Positions 1 to 10,071 of a DNA stretch of 64,000 bases are shown here, piece after piece (position 1 is the first letter of the stretch; every line of letters starts with the position of its first letter). This DNA comes from Trypanosoma brucei. Lineage: Eukaryota. The DNA lies in NCBI GenBank assembly GCA_000002445.1, contig CP000070.1:768001-832000 (forward strand), given 5' to 3'. A program made the position numbers and the translations under genes. The notes under the pieces were generated by a model that had not been told where the DNA came from, did not search any database, and saw nothing but the letters and a program-made list of their open reading frames with translations.

Positions 1-152
1 ATCGTTGACTGCTGCAGGCGCTCCGACAGCTGAAGTTGACCACGTAATTTTTTTCTTTATTGGATAGCGTTTGAGGTGTGATTATGAAGCAAGGAAAAGG
101 AAACAAAAAATAGTGCAGGTTGGGCGGGGGTAAGTGAGGAGTGTGAAGACAC

Positions 153-196
153 ATTTATATATATATATATATATTTATTTATTTATATTTATATAA
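153..196. repeat. AT-rich (TA)n / (TTTA)n microsatellite
   Basis: Direct reading shows tatatatatatatatatat followed by tttatttatttata. Confidence 0.9.
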
Positions 197-548
197 GAGA
201 TTAAAGACGAATAATAAATGAAAGCCAAGATGAAAAGTGGAGGCGAAAAGGTGAAAACAAACAGCAACGCGGGGGCACGTGAGAATAAAGAATTGGATAT
301 GCGCTACCCAATGGGCAAACTAGACAAGATGATGAAAGTAGTGAAAGAAAATGAATGCATGAATTCATGGGATGAGAAAAAAAAAATAAGGGCATACATA
401 CAGCACACCATTTTTTTTGTTCTTTTTTTTTTTTTTACTTATTGTTTTTGTTATCACTTCGTATAAAATCTTTTTTTTTTTTTTGAGGGACTCTCAAACG
501 CTTAGGTGAAGGTGATGGAGGTGAAGGTGTGAAGGAGGTTTGCGCGCG

Positions 549-551
<3 letters not shown>

Positions 552-629
<78 letters not shown>

Positions 630-630
630 G
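552..630. repeat. Compound (TA)~16 then (TG)~22 dinucleotide microsatellite
   Basis: Direct reading shows catatatata...tatgtgtgtg...tgtgcgtgtg. The track ORFs at 435-913 translate it as HTHTHT... and IYIYIY. Confidence 0.95.
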
Positions 631-867
631 AAGGCGGGGGAAACGAGAAACAAAAATAAGAAGAGAGACAGAATGAGGGGAATAAGGGGGAGGATAATGG
701 TATGAAGTGTGTGTTGGGCTTTCTGTGTCTCTGCAATCGTTTATTTTGTGAAGTTTGTTTCCTGCTGAGAAGAGAAAGGAAAAGGAAGGTTTGAAAAGGG
801 AATGGGGAAAATGAGACAAAATGCATCAGTGAGGTCAAACTTGAGTTGAGTGGGATATGGCAGTCAG

Positions 868-908
868 GCAAAGCAAAGCAAAGCAAAATGAAATGAAATG
901 AAATGAAC
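868..908. repeat. Tandem pentanucleotide repeats (CAAAG)x4 then (AAATG)x4
   Basis: Direct reading shows ggcaaagcaaagcaaagcaaaatgaaatgaaatgaaatgaacgg. Confidence 0.85.
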
Positions 909-1753
909 GGCAAATAATAAACTCCGTATCATAATATATCTTTGCTTAGAAGATATGTCTATTCTCCTATATCTCTCTCCCCTTTTTTCCTTTTTTCCTT
1001 TTCCTTGCTTTTCATTTTTTTTCTTTTTCTACCCCCTTGCGGTGTTTTTTCCATGGGGGTGGCGGGTAATGGGCAAGCGATTTTTATGTTTTTTTTTTTT
1101 AGAAAGTAATTTGAGTGGGTGCACGTGAAAGTAATAATGGGCACATACAGGAGAAGGTGAAACTAACGTGAAGCACGTTGTGGTAGCATAAAAAAAAATT
1201 ACATATTTATGTATCGAGCGGGTGTGAGTTGTGAAATCTCTGAGGAGTTTTTTTTTTCAAATTCTGTGGGACGATATGGCGGGTACTATTCTTATGGGAA
1301 AGGAGAGAATTGATGATGGGAGAAAGGTGAAACAAAGAGGGGAAAAAAGAGCAGGGCATGCCTTTCACACATGTTTTTGTGTGTTTGTTTTCTTTTTCTG
1401 TTTGTTTGTTTCGTTCGTCAAGTATTCCTCACTTTTTTCATTGTGTCCGCGTAAGGGATCCCTCTTTTTTTTTTCTTTTTTTTCTTTTTAGGATGGAAAG
1501 GGGAGCAAGAAGGTTGTCTGTCCCCTCAGTTTCCTTTACTAGTCATCACCTTTATCAAATGTGTCTCTTTTTCTTGTTCGTTTTTTTCCCCCCTTTGAAC
1601 AGCACACATACAGGGTTTATGAGGAATACGCCAAGTGCACTGAGACATTTGAGGAAGGAAGGAAGAATGAAAGGGGGGAAGGAAAAAAGAGGGATGAAAT
1701 AAATAAATGAATGAATAAAAGAACAAGAAGGAAAACAGAGGAAAACGTATTAG

Positions 1754-1815
1754 GTGGGTTTTGTCTTCTCCTCATTTACTTACGCGTTTTTACTTTTACT
1801 CCCGTTGTTTGGTAA
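1754..1815 (+). promoter_or_regulatory. Polypyrimidine tract, putative trans-splicing / polyadenylation signal upstream of the first CDS
   Basis: A long T/C-rich run (ttttgtcttctcctcatttacttacgcgtttttacttttactcccgttgtttgg) lies about 270 nt before the first in-frame ATG of the downstream gene. In trypanosomatids such tracts direct SL addition at a downstream AG. This is an inference; the actual splice site is not determinable from sequence alone. Confidence 0.4.
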
Positions 1816-2087
1816 TGAGAGCACTTCGCTTCGCTTCCGCATGATCAGGAGTACGTCACCTTTAAGCAATTACTCACAAAACATATATGTATGTTTTTAT
1901 ATACATACCTGCGCGCATACGTTTTCCCTCCTGCACTCAAAAAAAAAAAAACAGCAACTTTTGTTTCACTTTTGACAATACTTAGTATATCCCAGTGAAC
2001 AGACCGCGCCTCGCTGTGTTGGCCGATTTTCCGTCCTCGCCTGTTTTTGTCACTATCGTTATTAACTGTCGCGCCCCACCCGCGTGT

Positions 2088-5000
2088 ATGTTTCGGGTCC
2101 GAAGGCTTGCTGGGTTTATACAATGTTCCCCATGCGGAAAGATGGGCCCATTGAAGCAACAAACACGTCGCTACACCCCCATATGGAAGTCTGATCCGGC
2201 TGTCGATAACGTCGCTCCCCTTCGAGACGAGGATGAGCGACGCACCTTGTGGGCGGAGGTGGGCCCCATCTCAGATGTTGGTAGTGCCGTCACCGCGTGG
2301 ATACGCTTCGGAAATGATCCCGTCCTCCATACAGCGGTTCCCACCATGCTTGGCGGGAAGTTTCGAAATCAGCAGCGGGAGAAGGAGTCGCTTCTGCCCA
2401 ACTCGAGCTCTCCTTTTGCGTATGTGGAGGATTACATGGGTACTAACCTTGTTTTTGGCTCTCCAGTGCACGCTAAGGAAAGCGCGGCGGTGTGGGCGAC
2501 TTACTTCGAGCGACGGTATGCCAGTCGACTGCGGTTAAGCCGCCGCACCGTCGCGAATTATGTGGGGCTCATCAATTCACCGGAGGTGTTTGATGATGAA
2601 TCGGACCGACCGGAGACGCGATGGTCACAGGATACTTTTTTTCGGGAGTGCGCCTACTTGTCCGAGAAATTCCTGAAGGAAAAAGTGTCAAACATGCAGC
2701 AGTTTGAGGCGGCCTTGAAACGAGCTTCACCGGAGGCGTATCTCGCCTTCTTTGACGCCTTTCAGCAACAAACCCAAACGCAAATTCCTCTCCCCTCACC
2801 GAGTGTGTGGCATTATGAGGGAGAACGCCGGAAGCAATGGGCAGAGAAGTTTATTAGCATCTCCCACAAAGCGCAGGCCTTCTTCAAGGATGTTCTCTCT
2901 GAAGACGTGAAAAAGTACCAGGAGGTTCCTGGGAAATTGTTGCAGAAGGTTAAACCTGTCTTAGCGGATGTGGGGAAGATATTAGTGAAGCGACACGAAC
3001 GGTGGTTGAAGGGTCGCGTGTGGACCTCCCTTACCGAAGAGGAAAGGGAGGCGTACTGCATGAAGGAAGTAAAGCGCCAGCAGATGCAGGTGGAGGATGG
3101 CGAATTTGATCCCATGATGGAGGACGATGTCGACGATACAGAGTTGGAAGAATGGCAGCGTGAGCATGATGCCATCATGGAACTTATGAACTCACCCATT
3201 GATGGGCTCCATTTCACTACTCTGGAACTGTGGTTGCATGCGATGCGTTGCGAGGAGTTGGAAACGGAACACATCTATACTAGTGCTCGCGTGCGTGCCG
3301 TTCAAGTCGCGGCTAGGAAGAAACTGTATGACACAACCTCGTACGAGGAGGTGATACAAGCAGTGGTGGAATCTATTGCCCGCGGTACGTTAGATTTGGG
3401 AGCTGGGGTACTTCGCCCGCACTTTAACGAAGTGTGGTGCCAGCTGAACTACGCCAAGTTTGGGTCATCAACCATAACGCAACACACGACTACGTCCCGT
3501 CGACAGTTGCTCTTTTTCCACGCTGGGTCGTTGAAGGACATCGCTGCAACCGCCACACTTTATTATGCAACGAAACCCCTGAGCAACTCACTGGACTACG
3601 CATCTCCGTACAAATATCGTCGGTCGTTGATCACTCTCTGCTCTAACTACGGAGTGGAGACTGCGTACACAACTCAACGTCCCCTGCTGCGCAGTGCAGC
3701 CAACCTTGCACGAGCGGAGGATTTAATTCACGCTGTTGTCACAGCCGCTGCACAACCCTTTGGGGAACGACGTCGGGCAGCCACGCGCGATCTTCACATG
3801 GAATTTCAGCGTTTGGCTGTTCCGGTGGAGCGGGTTATTGTAGCTAACCCTGTTTCTGCACTTTTGGAATCTGGAGCTGATCCTGATGAGAAGCCAGTGG
3901 AAGGTGAGAAGGTGAATATGTGGCCACTTGGTGCAAAACGTGTCGTGTTGTATAAGTGGTCAGCACCTAACGTGGAAAAGCTCAAGGCAATGGAGAGCGA
4001 TGCAGCACCCGCTGTTAGCGGGTCATCGCTGACGGCTGAACGTCTGCGGGAAATTCAAGAGCTTAAGCGCCGTGGGTTTCTTGAGGTCTCGCTCTGGCGT
4101 CGCGTCACCGCACAGGAGAGGAAACAGAGGAATGAAATTGTAGAGGCGAAGAAAAAGCAAGTTGAAGAGGTCGTACGGACTGTTCCGTCTTTGGCGCACC
4201 TCCACCAATACGCGACTTCTCTCTACAGTCGCATTGAAGAGAGAGTGGCGTTTCCCACCGAAACCTCGACCGTCACTGACACCACCAATATGAAGGAGGA
4301 AACCAATAAGCCTCTAGAGGATTCAGAGTGGGAATTTGCGGTTTTGCTTGATGATCGAGTTCTACTTAACAAGGAGGAATCAGTTGAGTTGTATCTCCCA
4401 TACAGGGACGCGAATGGGGAGTTACTTGCCCAAGGCGAATACCGCGCGCTGGTGCGTGCATTTGATTTGGAGGCAAACCCCAATCTCCACCCGGCGTACT
4501 GCAGCGTGGGATATTCAGAGTCGTTTCACGTTTTCGACGCTCTACCACAACTTATAGCTCAATTCTTTCGTGTGAAAGATGCGACAGCTGAGGCAGCTGG
4601 TGTGACGCATATCCCCGCCGCCGACTTTACACCATTTTGTGCGTTTCTTCGCGATGCCGGTTTGGACGTTCCACTGCGCTGTGAGTTTGAGGCAGGACAG
4701 GCTGTAACAACGGATGGTGATGTGTACATGGATTATTTTCTGCAACTTCTGCGTGGGGAGGCTTTCCACCAGAGCCACGCGCAGGCGGGTCTTACTGAGG
4801 CACAGCGCGCTATTGAGCCCCTCTGTCGCGCGCACTGGGTTGTTCATCACCCGGGTGCTGACGAGTCGGAGTGGGCTACCGCCCGCCGTAGTGTATTGGA
4901 TCACGCAATGCAGCATGAACGTGAGTGGTGGTTCCCCAATGAAATGCTCGATGTGAAGGATGTTGTCACTGGAAGTACAAATGGACTGACACCACAGATG

Positions 5001-5585
5001 TATCCCGCTGCCGTGCGTTACGGCGTGGAGCTCTGCACGGTGCTAACAGCAGAGGGGAAGTTCGTGGACGAAAGGGGTTCGGGGCTCTCTGCAAGATGTG
5101 TTGTTAACGGGACGGGAGCCGCAGAGTCGGTTGTATTTGACACTGCAAACTGTAATGGCACCAACACTACATCGGTGGAGGATGCTTTGCGAGTGGCCCA
5201 TGGTGCACTGCGAAGCGCACAGGACAGACACAACACGCTTGCAGCTTTCCGCCTTGGACCCCTCTCAAAGCAGTCGCAGGTACTCTTGTTCTGCGGTGTG
5301 AATGCGTATGAGTTTGGTGGTAAGTACGCTCGTACGTATGCATATGCCTTTGAAAAAGCCAAAAAGGAGCTGGAGGTGACGGCAGCATCCGGGTTTATGG
5401 CTCCAAGCCTCAGTCATGAGGACATAGAGCGTCTCTCGGATCAACCAACCACTTCACCATCTGTCGACCGCTTTGCCTCCACCACTCATCCCGAGCAGCG
5501 CAAAGCACAGTTTGTTCCTCGTGTGGGTCCAGGCTCGACACCCCTGGAGGACCCAGCTGCCGATCAGAAATCAGAATGGAGTTGA
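2088..5585 (+). CDS. Large conserved hypothetical protein of about 1,166 aa with no domain I can recognise
   Basis: The open frame runs 1995-5585, but the track start at 1995 is GTG. The first in-frame ATG is at 2088 and a second at 2142 (MGPLKQQ...); either may be the true start. The frame is long and uninterrupted with typical trypanosomatid codon usage. It is mostly alpha-helical or acidic, and no recognisable catalytic motif is present. Confidence 0.7.
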   Translation: MFRVRRLAGFIQCSPCGKMGPLKQQTRRYTPIWKSDPAVDNVAPLRDEDERRTLWAEVGPISDVGSAVTAWIRFGNDPVLHTAVPTMLGGKFRNQQREKESLLPNSSSPFAYVEDYMGTNLVFGSPVHAKESAAVWATYFERRYASRLRLSRRTVANYVGLINSPEVFDDESDRPETRWSQDTFFRECAYLSEKFLKEKVSNMQQFEAALKRASPEAYLAFFDAFQQQTQTQIPLPSPSVWHYEGERRKQWAEKFISISHKAQAFFKDVLSEDVKKYQEVPGKLLQKVKPVLADVGKILVKRHERWLKGRVWTSLTEEEREAYCMKEVKRQQMQVEDGEFDPMMEDDVDDTELEEWQREHDAIMELMNSPIDGLHFTTLELWLHAMRCEELETEHIYTSARVRAVQVAARKKLYDTTSYEEVIQAVVESIARGTLDLGAGVLRPHFNEVWCQLNYAKFGSSTITQHTTTSRRQLLFFHAGSLKDIAATATLYYATKPLSNSLDYASPYKYRRSLITLCSNYGVETAYTTQRPLLRSAANLARAEDLIHAVVTAAAQPFGERRRAATRDLHMEFQRLAVPVERVIVANPVSALLESGADPDEKPVEGEKVNMWPLGAKRVVLYKWSAPNVEKLKAMESDAAPAVSGSSLTAERLREIQELKRRGFLEVSLWRRVTAQERKQRNEIVEAKKKQVEEVVRTVPSLAHLHQYATSLYSRIEERVAFPTETSTVTDTTNMKEETNKPLEDSEWEFAVLLDDRVLLNKEESVELYLPYRDANGELLAQGEYRALVRAFDLEANPNLHPAYCSVGYSESFHVFDALPQLIAQFFRVKDATAEAAGVTHIPAADFTPFCAFLRDAGLDVPLRCEFEAGQAVTTDGDVYMDYFLQLLRGEAFHQSHAQAGLTEAQRAIEPLCRAHWVVHHPGADESEWATARRSVLDHAMQHEREWWFPNEMLDVKDVVTGSTNGLTPQMYPAAVRYGVELCTVLTAEGKFVDERGSGLSARCVVNGTGAAESVVFDTANCNGTNTTSVEDALRVAHGALRSAQDRHNTLAAFRLGPLSKQSQVLLFCGVNAYEFGGKYARTYAYAFEKAKKELEVTAASGFMAPSLSHEDIERLSDQPTTSPSVDRFASTTHPEQRKAQFVPRVGPGSTPLEDPAADQKSEWS

Positions 5586-6729
5586 TGATATAACAAAGTA
5601 TCGCATACATGCAGGTGCTCAATCGCCTACGCAACTATTGAATAGTTGAAATTATCGATCGTGCTCCCTCCTTTCCCTCCCTCACTCATCACTACGATCC
5701 CTGAAGGGGAGAAATACTTCACTTGTATGCCCTCGCTCTAACAAGTGTCCGCACCGTCGCGTGACTTTCGGTACGTTAATCACTTTTGTTTTTTTTTTTA
5801 ATGGGATGCCATGCGTAAGTATTGTTAGCGTCCCACCGAAAGTGAGGGAATAAAAAGAGATTGCGGTGCCGCTAGGTGGACGGTGTGTCGTAATTTATGT
5901 TGTGCTGGGCGGGATACATATAATGGATGGGGAAGGGGGTGCTGTCCCGCAAGTTGTCAGGGGAGATGATGAAGCAATACGTCCCTGTTTGGAACATGCT
6001 TGAGTTACACTTAAAGTGAGTCATCATCACACACTTGGATGTTCCGTTTTCCCTTCCTTTACACTCTGAGGGGGGTATATAAAAAAGTTCCCCCCCCTCA
6101 ATTCAGGTGTTGACTACTCCCATTTTACGGTTAGTGTCACCATGCTCTCTTGTATGACTCTCTTGTTGTTATTTACTTATCGACTTCCTCCCCCTTTTTT
6201 TGTTCATCCTGCCGTCGCCACAACATCGGGCGACTTCGTTTATGCTTTGAAGCTCCCACTCTTGGGCACTGCGTCCGTATCGAGGCATTGTCGAGCAGTT
6301 GTCCTGGGGGTGACACCCTGGAGGTTCATTCCTCGGTTTAGGGGACTTTTGTTAGTAAGGGAGGACACCTACGTCAGTTTCACGCTGAGGAACTGGTTGT
6401 GCAAAGGCAGCTCGACTAGTGACGACGCTCGAGCAAGCGTGATACGCAGACCCGGTGTCTCGGCATCAAAAAAAAAAAAGTCAATACATTGAAGGGAAAT
6501 TGTGCCCAAAGTACATTTGTTTCTCTTTGATAATACCTACGGAGAAGGTCTTGTGCATTTACCCTGTTGGAAGAGAAGTGTGCTACACTTGTGCCAACTC
6601 CAATTGTACCGTAGAAGGGGCAGAGGACTGAGAGCAAAAGGAGGGAGCCCAGTCGAGCGGTTTTAAATTCTGTTCGGCGGGTGCATCTGACGCCTCACTT
6701 TCCCTATTATTGTTTTTTTTTTTAAAATA

Positions 6730-7893
6730 ATGTTTTGTTTCTTCCAAAACCGCTGGGAGTCGGGTCTTGGTGCCCATCTAACCGAGGAACTCATTAGTAG
6801 CGCATTCAGCGATTTTGCGCCTTACGCGGGGGCGGAGCAGCAACAGACACGTTTCGTCCGCCGCCAAAGCGATGGGACAACCACCAGAGTTGCTTATGGG
6901 GAAGATGGGGGGTGGTCGGTAAGCATGGGAAATCCTTACGCTGGCGGCATATCTTTTGCAACGACACCAGATTTACTCTGTGATATGCAACTGCGCATAC
7001 CACTGAAGTTGGCTAGGGATGTTGTGGAGCAGAATAGCGAAAGGGGGATCATTGGCAGTGCCGACAACTGTGAGGTGCTTCCAGTTTCCAGAATCTCCCT
7101 AACACCCATAACGACACCCTACGATAGTCGAAGTCCTTTTCAGTATTCTGTGCCCCCTCCACTTGGTCCCACGGGTTGCTTTGGCATGGTGGAACTTTTG
7201 TACTCCTACGTGACACATGTGTATGGCGCTGGTTTACGGGTTGGACCGTTGTCCCTTCGAGCGACGGCTTCCCCGGGAGGCATGCCCTCAATAGACAATT
7301 CGTATGTGAGTGCTTTGGGCCAAACTGCCTGTCTCGTTGACGGTTCGTGGTGCGCTCCGTTGAGTGCCTTTCCGTCGTGTAACCTTACAGTGGCGCTGCA
7401 GCACCCCTTTATGGCCGTTGAGGGTGATACGCTTGCAGCAATTTGTTTGGAGAGTTCGGCGCCAAAAACACCAGAGGGACAAGGGTGCAATAATTTTCGT
7501 CTTCTTGTTGTGCAGACGCTTGCAACAAGTAATAGGCAAAACAAGCAGAATCCCAGTGATTCTCACTCGCATAGCTTCAGTTCGGTTCTCAGGGGCGACA
7601 AAAACTGGCGTGAGCTAGGCACACTCGTTGCTGTACAGAAATCATTTCGCAACCAACGCTTTCGACTCAGTGCTGCTGCTATGATACACGACCGTGAATT
7701 AGACTATGAAACCGCAGCTTTGGCGGATGTAACAGCCATATTTTCTAGACCAACGGTACTGCGGTTGGGTTTCAACAGAGCCCGCCGTGTTGCCATGGGT
7801 ATAGCGACAGAAATACTTAATGGACTTACCCTTACATTGGGTGTCCATTACACAGCGGGGGACTTGCGGTTTGGACTTGAAGCCGCCCTTTAG
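6730..7893 (+). CDS. Hypothetical protein (387 aa) with a beta-strand-rich C-terminal half
   Basis: ATG-initiated ORF immediately after a T-run. The C-terminal half shows alternating hydrophobic/polar dyads and ends ...LTLTLGVHYTAGDLRFGLEAAL. There are no TM helices. A beta-barrel assignment is speculative. Confidence 0.55.
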   Translation: MFCFFQNRWESGLGAHLTEELISSAFSDFAPYAGAEQQQTRFVRRQSDGTTTRVAYGEDGGWSVSMGNPYAGGISFATTPDLLCDMQLRIPLKLARDVVEQNSERGIIGSADNCEVLPVSRISLTPITTPYDSRSPFQYSVPPPLGPTGCFGMVELLYSYVTHVYGAGLRVGPLSLRATASPGGMPSIDNSYVSALGQTACLVDGSWCAPLSAFPSCNLTVALQHPFMAVEGDTLAAICLESSAPKTPEGQGCNNFRLLVVQTLATSNRQNKQNPSDSHSHSFSSVLRGDKNWRELGTLVAVQKSFRNQRFRLSAAAMIHDRELDYETAALADVTAIFSRPTVLRLGFNRARRVAMGIATEILNGLTLTLGVHYTAGDLRFGLEAAL

Positions 7894-8416
7894 CGCCCGG
7901 GAGACTCTACTCCAGTCTGTTTTTTTGTCGTACCCTGCCTATCTTTTCCCTCTTCCCACACATGCATACGCATATAAACCTGCGCACGTGTCTGTTCATT
8001 GATACTCTTTGGCGTCGAGAAGAGTTCCTTTTTTTAAAAAAAAACCCGCTTCTTCTATTCTCTTCTCTTCTGCATTTCCGTCCCTCCCTCACCTTCACTA
8101 AATACATCCGTTTCGCATGTGTTTTCTGATCTCTCGGCACATCCTCTCCGAACTGTCGGTGTTCTTTCCTGTATGTGGCTATGCAGCAACCAATAGGAAC
8201 AGCGGGAAAAGGGGTGAAGGAGGATATCTTCAACCATTTCCCCTCTCTAAGTTATTGAAAAAGCAATCGTGGCACAACAAACTGACACGCGAACAAAAGT
8301 GAGATTAAAGGGAAGGAGAGAGTTAATAATAAAAGAGGGTTAACCGTTGATCATATACTTTCATATTCGTTGCGGGGCAAACCACACTTTGGGAAGCCGT
8401 ACTGTGAAGAGAGAAA

Positions 8417-9913
8417 ATGCTAAGGACAAATGGTAAGATTCTCAATGGCAAAACTCCCAGTAACGTGGTAGCAAAGTCCTCGGGGGTAAAGAAAAAGATT
8501 GTTAAGATAAAGTCGTCCTCTGCTCCGAAGCCTGTGGAATCTGCACTGACGGGGAACTACGGACGTGTCTTGTTTCAAATGGCGATATGTATCGCAGGCA
8601 TTTATGTATGTTTTGGTTTTTGGTCCATCAAGCAGGAGCGCATTATGACAAAACCGTACGACGCCGTTGTGGTTGTGGGAGGTAATACCACTGTGGTGTC
8701 GACGAAGTTGTCGACTGTGTTTGTCCTTGGGTTGGTGCAGGTGGTAATGGCAGTGGTGGTAAGTTGTGTACTTCTGCTGGCTGAGAGACTATATGCTGGG
8801 AAAAGTCAGAAGGCGGAAAAGGAAGAGACACAGAAGCCTAAACTGGAGAAGAAAAAAAAAGGAACCGTGAAACCAAAGAATGGAGAAATGGTGAACAGAA
8901 GGGAAGACAAGAAGGTGGTTGTCGGACGTACGGCGAGCAATAAACCAAAGAGGAAAACGGAGGAGGACAACACCGCTCTCTCGACAGGGGCAGATAAGGA
9001 GTTGGAAGCCAATAAAGCGTTTCGCAACGCGGTACTTATTGGGTTCACCAACGGCTTTGCGTCCATGTTGGGCTTCGCGGCGATGCGACGGTTGCCCTAC
9101 CCTGTGGTCCTCGCAACCAAAATGTCGAAAATGGTTCCAGTGATACTCGTTGGTTTCTTTTGGCACGGCACACGATACTCGCTGAGCAAGTGCCTTGCCT
9201 GTGCCCTCATAACAGGCGGCAGTTTTTGTTTTTACATGCTAGGAGAAGCTGGTGACGAGAGTCAAGCGCTAAAGAGTAAGACACGCAACAGAAGCGAAGT
9301 TGTGAGCTTGTTTGGCTTCGTGTTACTGTTTGTCAACCTGTTGGCTGATGGTTTCACAAACTCTACACAGGATAAACTGGTAAAGGTGCACGGCTGGACA
9401 AGTAATAAACTCATGTTTGTTACGAATCTTTCCACAGCTCTGTGGATTGGCGCCGTCCTGCTGCTCATGGAGTGCCTTCAGCCATTTGCCACCGCGTACC
9501 TCAGCATTAGTGAGCCCGTCACATTCTCCCCTTCTTTTGCGGCGTTTCACCCGTTGCTTCATCGGCTCGACGAATCGTTCAGATGGTTTCTGAGAGATGT
9601 AGCACCCTTCAATGACTTTTCGAAAACCATGGACTTCTTCAATCGGCACCCCGAGGCCTTGTACGATGTCACTGTAATGAGCGTACTGAACGCAGTGGGA
9701 CAGATGTTTATCTTCCGCACTATTTCATTGTTTGGGAGCCTCACCCTGACGGCGCTGACGCTGCTTCGTAAATCCTCAAGCGTTGTGCTGTCTATTATTG
9801 TCCACGGTCACAGTGTGACGCTGGAGCAGTGGTTTTCACTGGCTGTTGTGTTTGCTGGGGCCGTATGGGAAGGGCTTATTCACGCCCGCAAGGAGCCTGT
9901 AAGTAGTAAGTGA
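8417..9913 (+). CDS. Nucleotide-sugar (UAA/SLC35B-type) transporter-like membrane protein
   Basis: I count about 9-10 hydrophobic segments. The motif ...RRLPYPVVLATKMSKMVPVILVGFFWHG... matches the conserved SLC35B core (LxYPxQVLxKSCKxIPVM). A roughly 90-aa Lys/Glu-rich hydrophilic insert (KAEKEETQKPKLEKKKKGTVKPKNGE...) sits after the third hydrophobic segment. Confidence 0.6.
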   Translation: MLRTNGKILNGKTPSNVVAKSSGVKKKIVKIKSSSAPKPVESALTGNYGRVLFQMAICIAGIYVCFGFWSIKQERIMTKPYDAVVVVGGNTTVVSTKLSTVFVLGLVQVVMAVVVSCVLLLAERLYAGKSQKAEKEETQKPKLEKKKKGTVKPKNGEMVNRREDKKVVVGRTASNKPKRKTEEDNTALSTGADKELEANKAFRNAVLIGFTNGFASMLGFAAMRRLPYPVVLATKMSKMVPVILVGFFWHGTRYSLSKCLACALITGGSFCFYMLGEAGDESQALKSKTRNRSEVVSLFGFVLLFVNLLADGFTNSTQDKLVKVHGWTSNKLMFVTNLSTALWIGAVLLLMECLQPFATAYLSISEPVTFSPSFAAFHPLLHRLDESFRWFLRDVAPFNDFSKTMDFFNRHPEALYDVTVMSVLNAVGQMFIFRTISLFGSLTLTALTLLRKSSSVVLSIIVHGHSVTLEQWFSLAVVFAGAVWEGLIHARKEPVSSK

Positions 9914-10004
9914 GGTATTAATTCCAGAGTGAGTTGAAGGTACATCACTACACTTTGTACACAATCGGGTGGATGTATGTTTGCAGTTATTTGCGTCTGT
10001 GTCT

Positions 10005-10008
<4 letters not shown>

Positions 10009-10070
<62 letters not shown>
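10009..10070. repeat. (GT)~31 dinucleotide microsatellite, preceded by (TCTGTG)n
   Basis: Direct reading shows gtctgtgtctgtgtctgtgtgtgtgtgtg...gtgtgt. The track ORF 9934-10218 translates it as CVCVCV. Confidence 0.95.

Positions 10071-10071
<1 letters not shown>

Noticed and set aside
435-913. Overlapping ORFs translating as HTHTHT…/IYIYIY…, and the CVCVCV ORF at 9934-10218
   Set aside because: These are translations of the (TA)n/(TG)n and (GT)n microsatellites, not genes.
1995-2087. Track ORF starts using GTG/TTG (1995, 20663, 25578, 29402, 33911, 54135, 56704, 58341)
   Set aside because: For a eukaryotic nuclear genome I require ATG, so I trimmed each CDS to the first in-frame ATG. The upstream extensions run through T-rich low-complexity UTR-like sequence.
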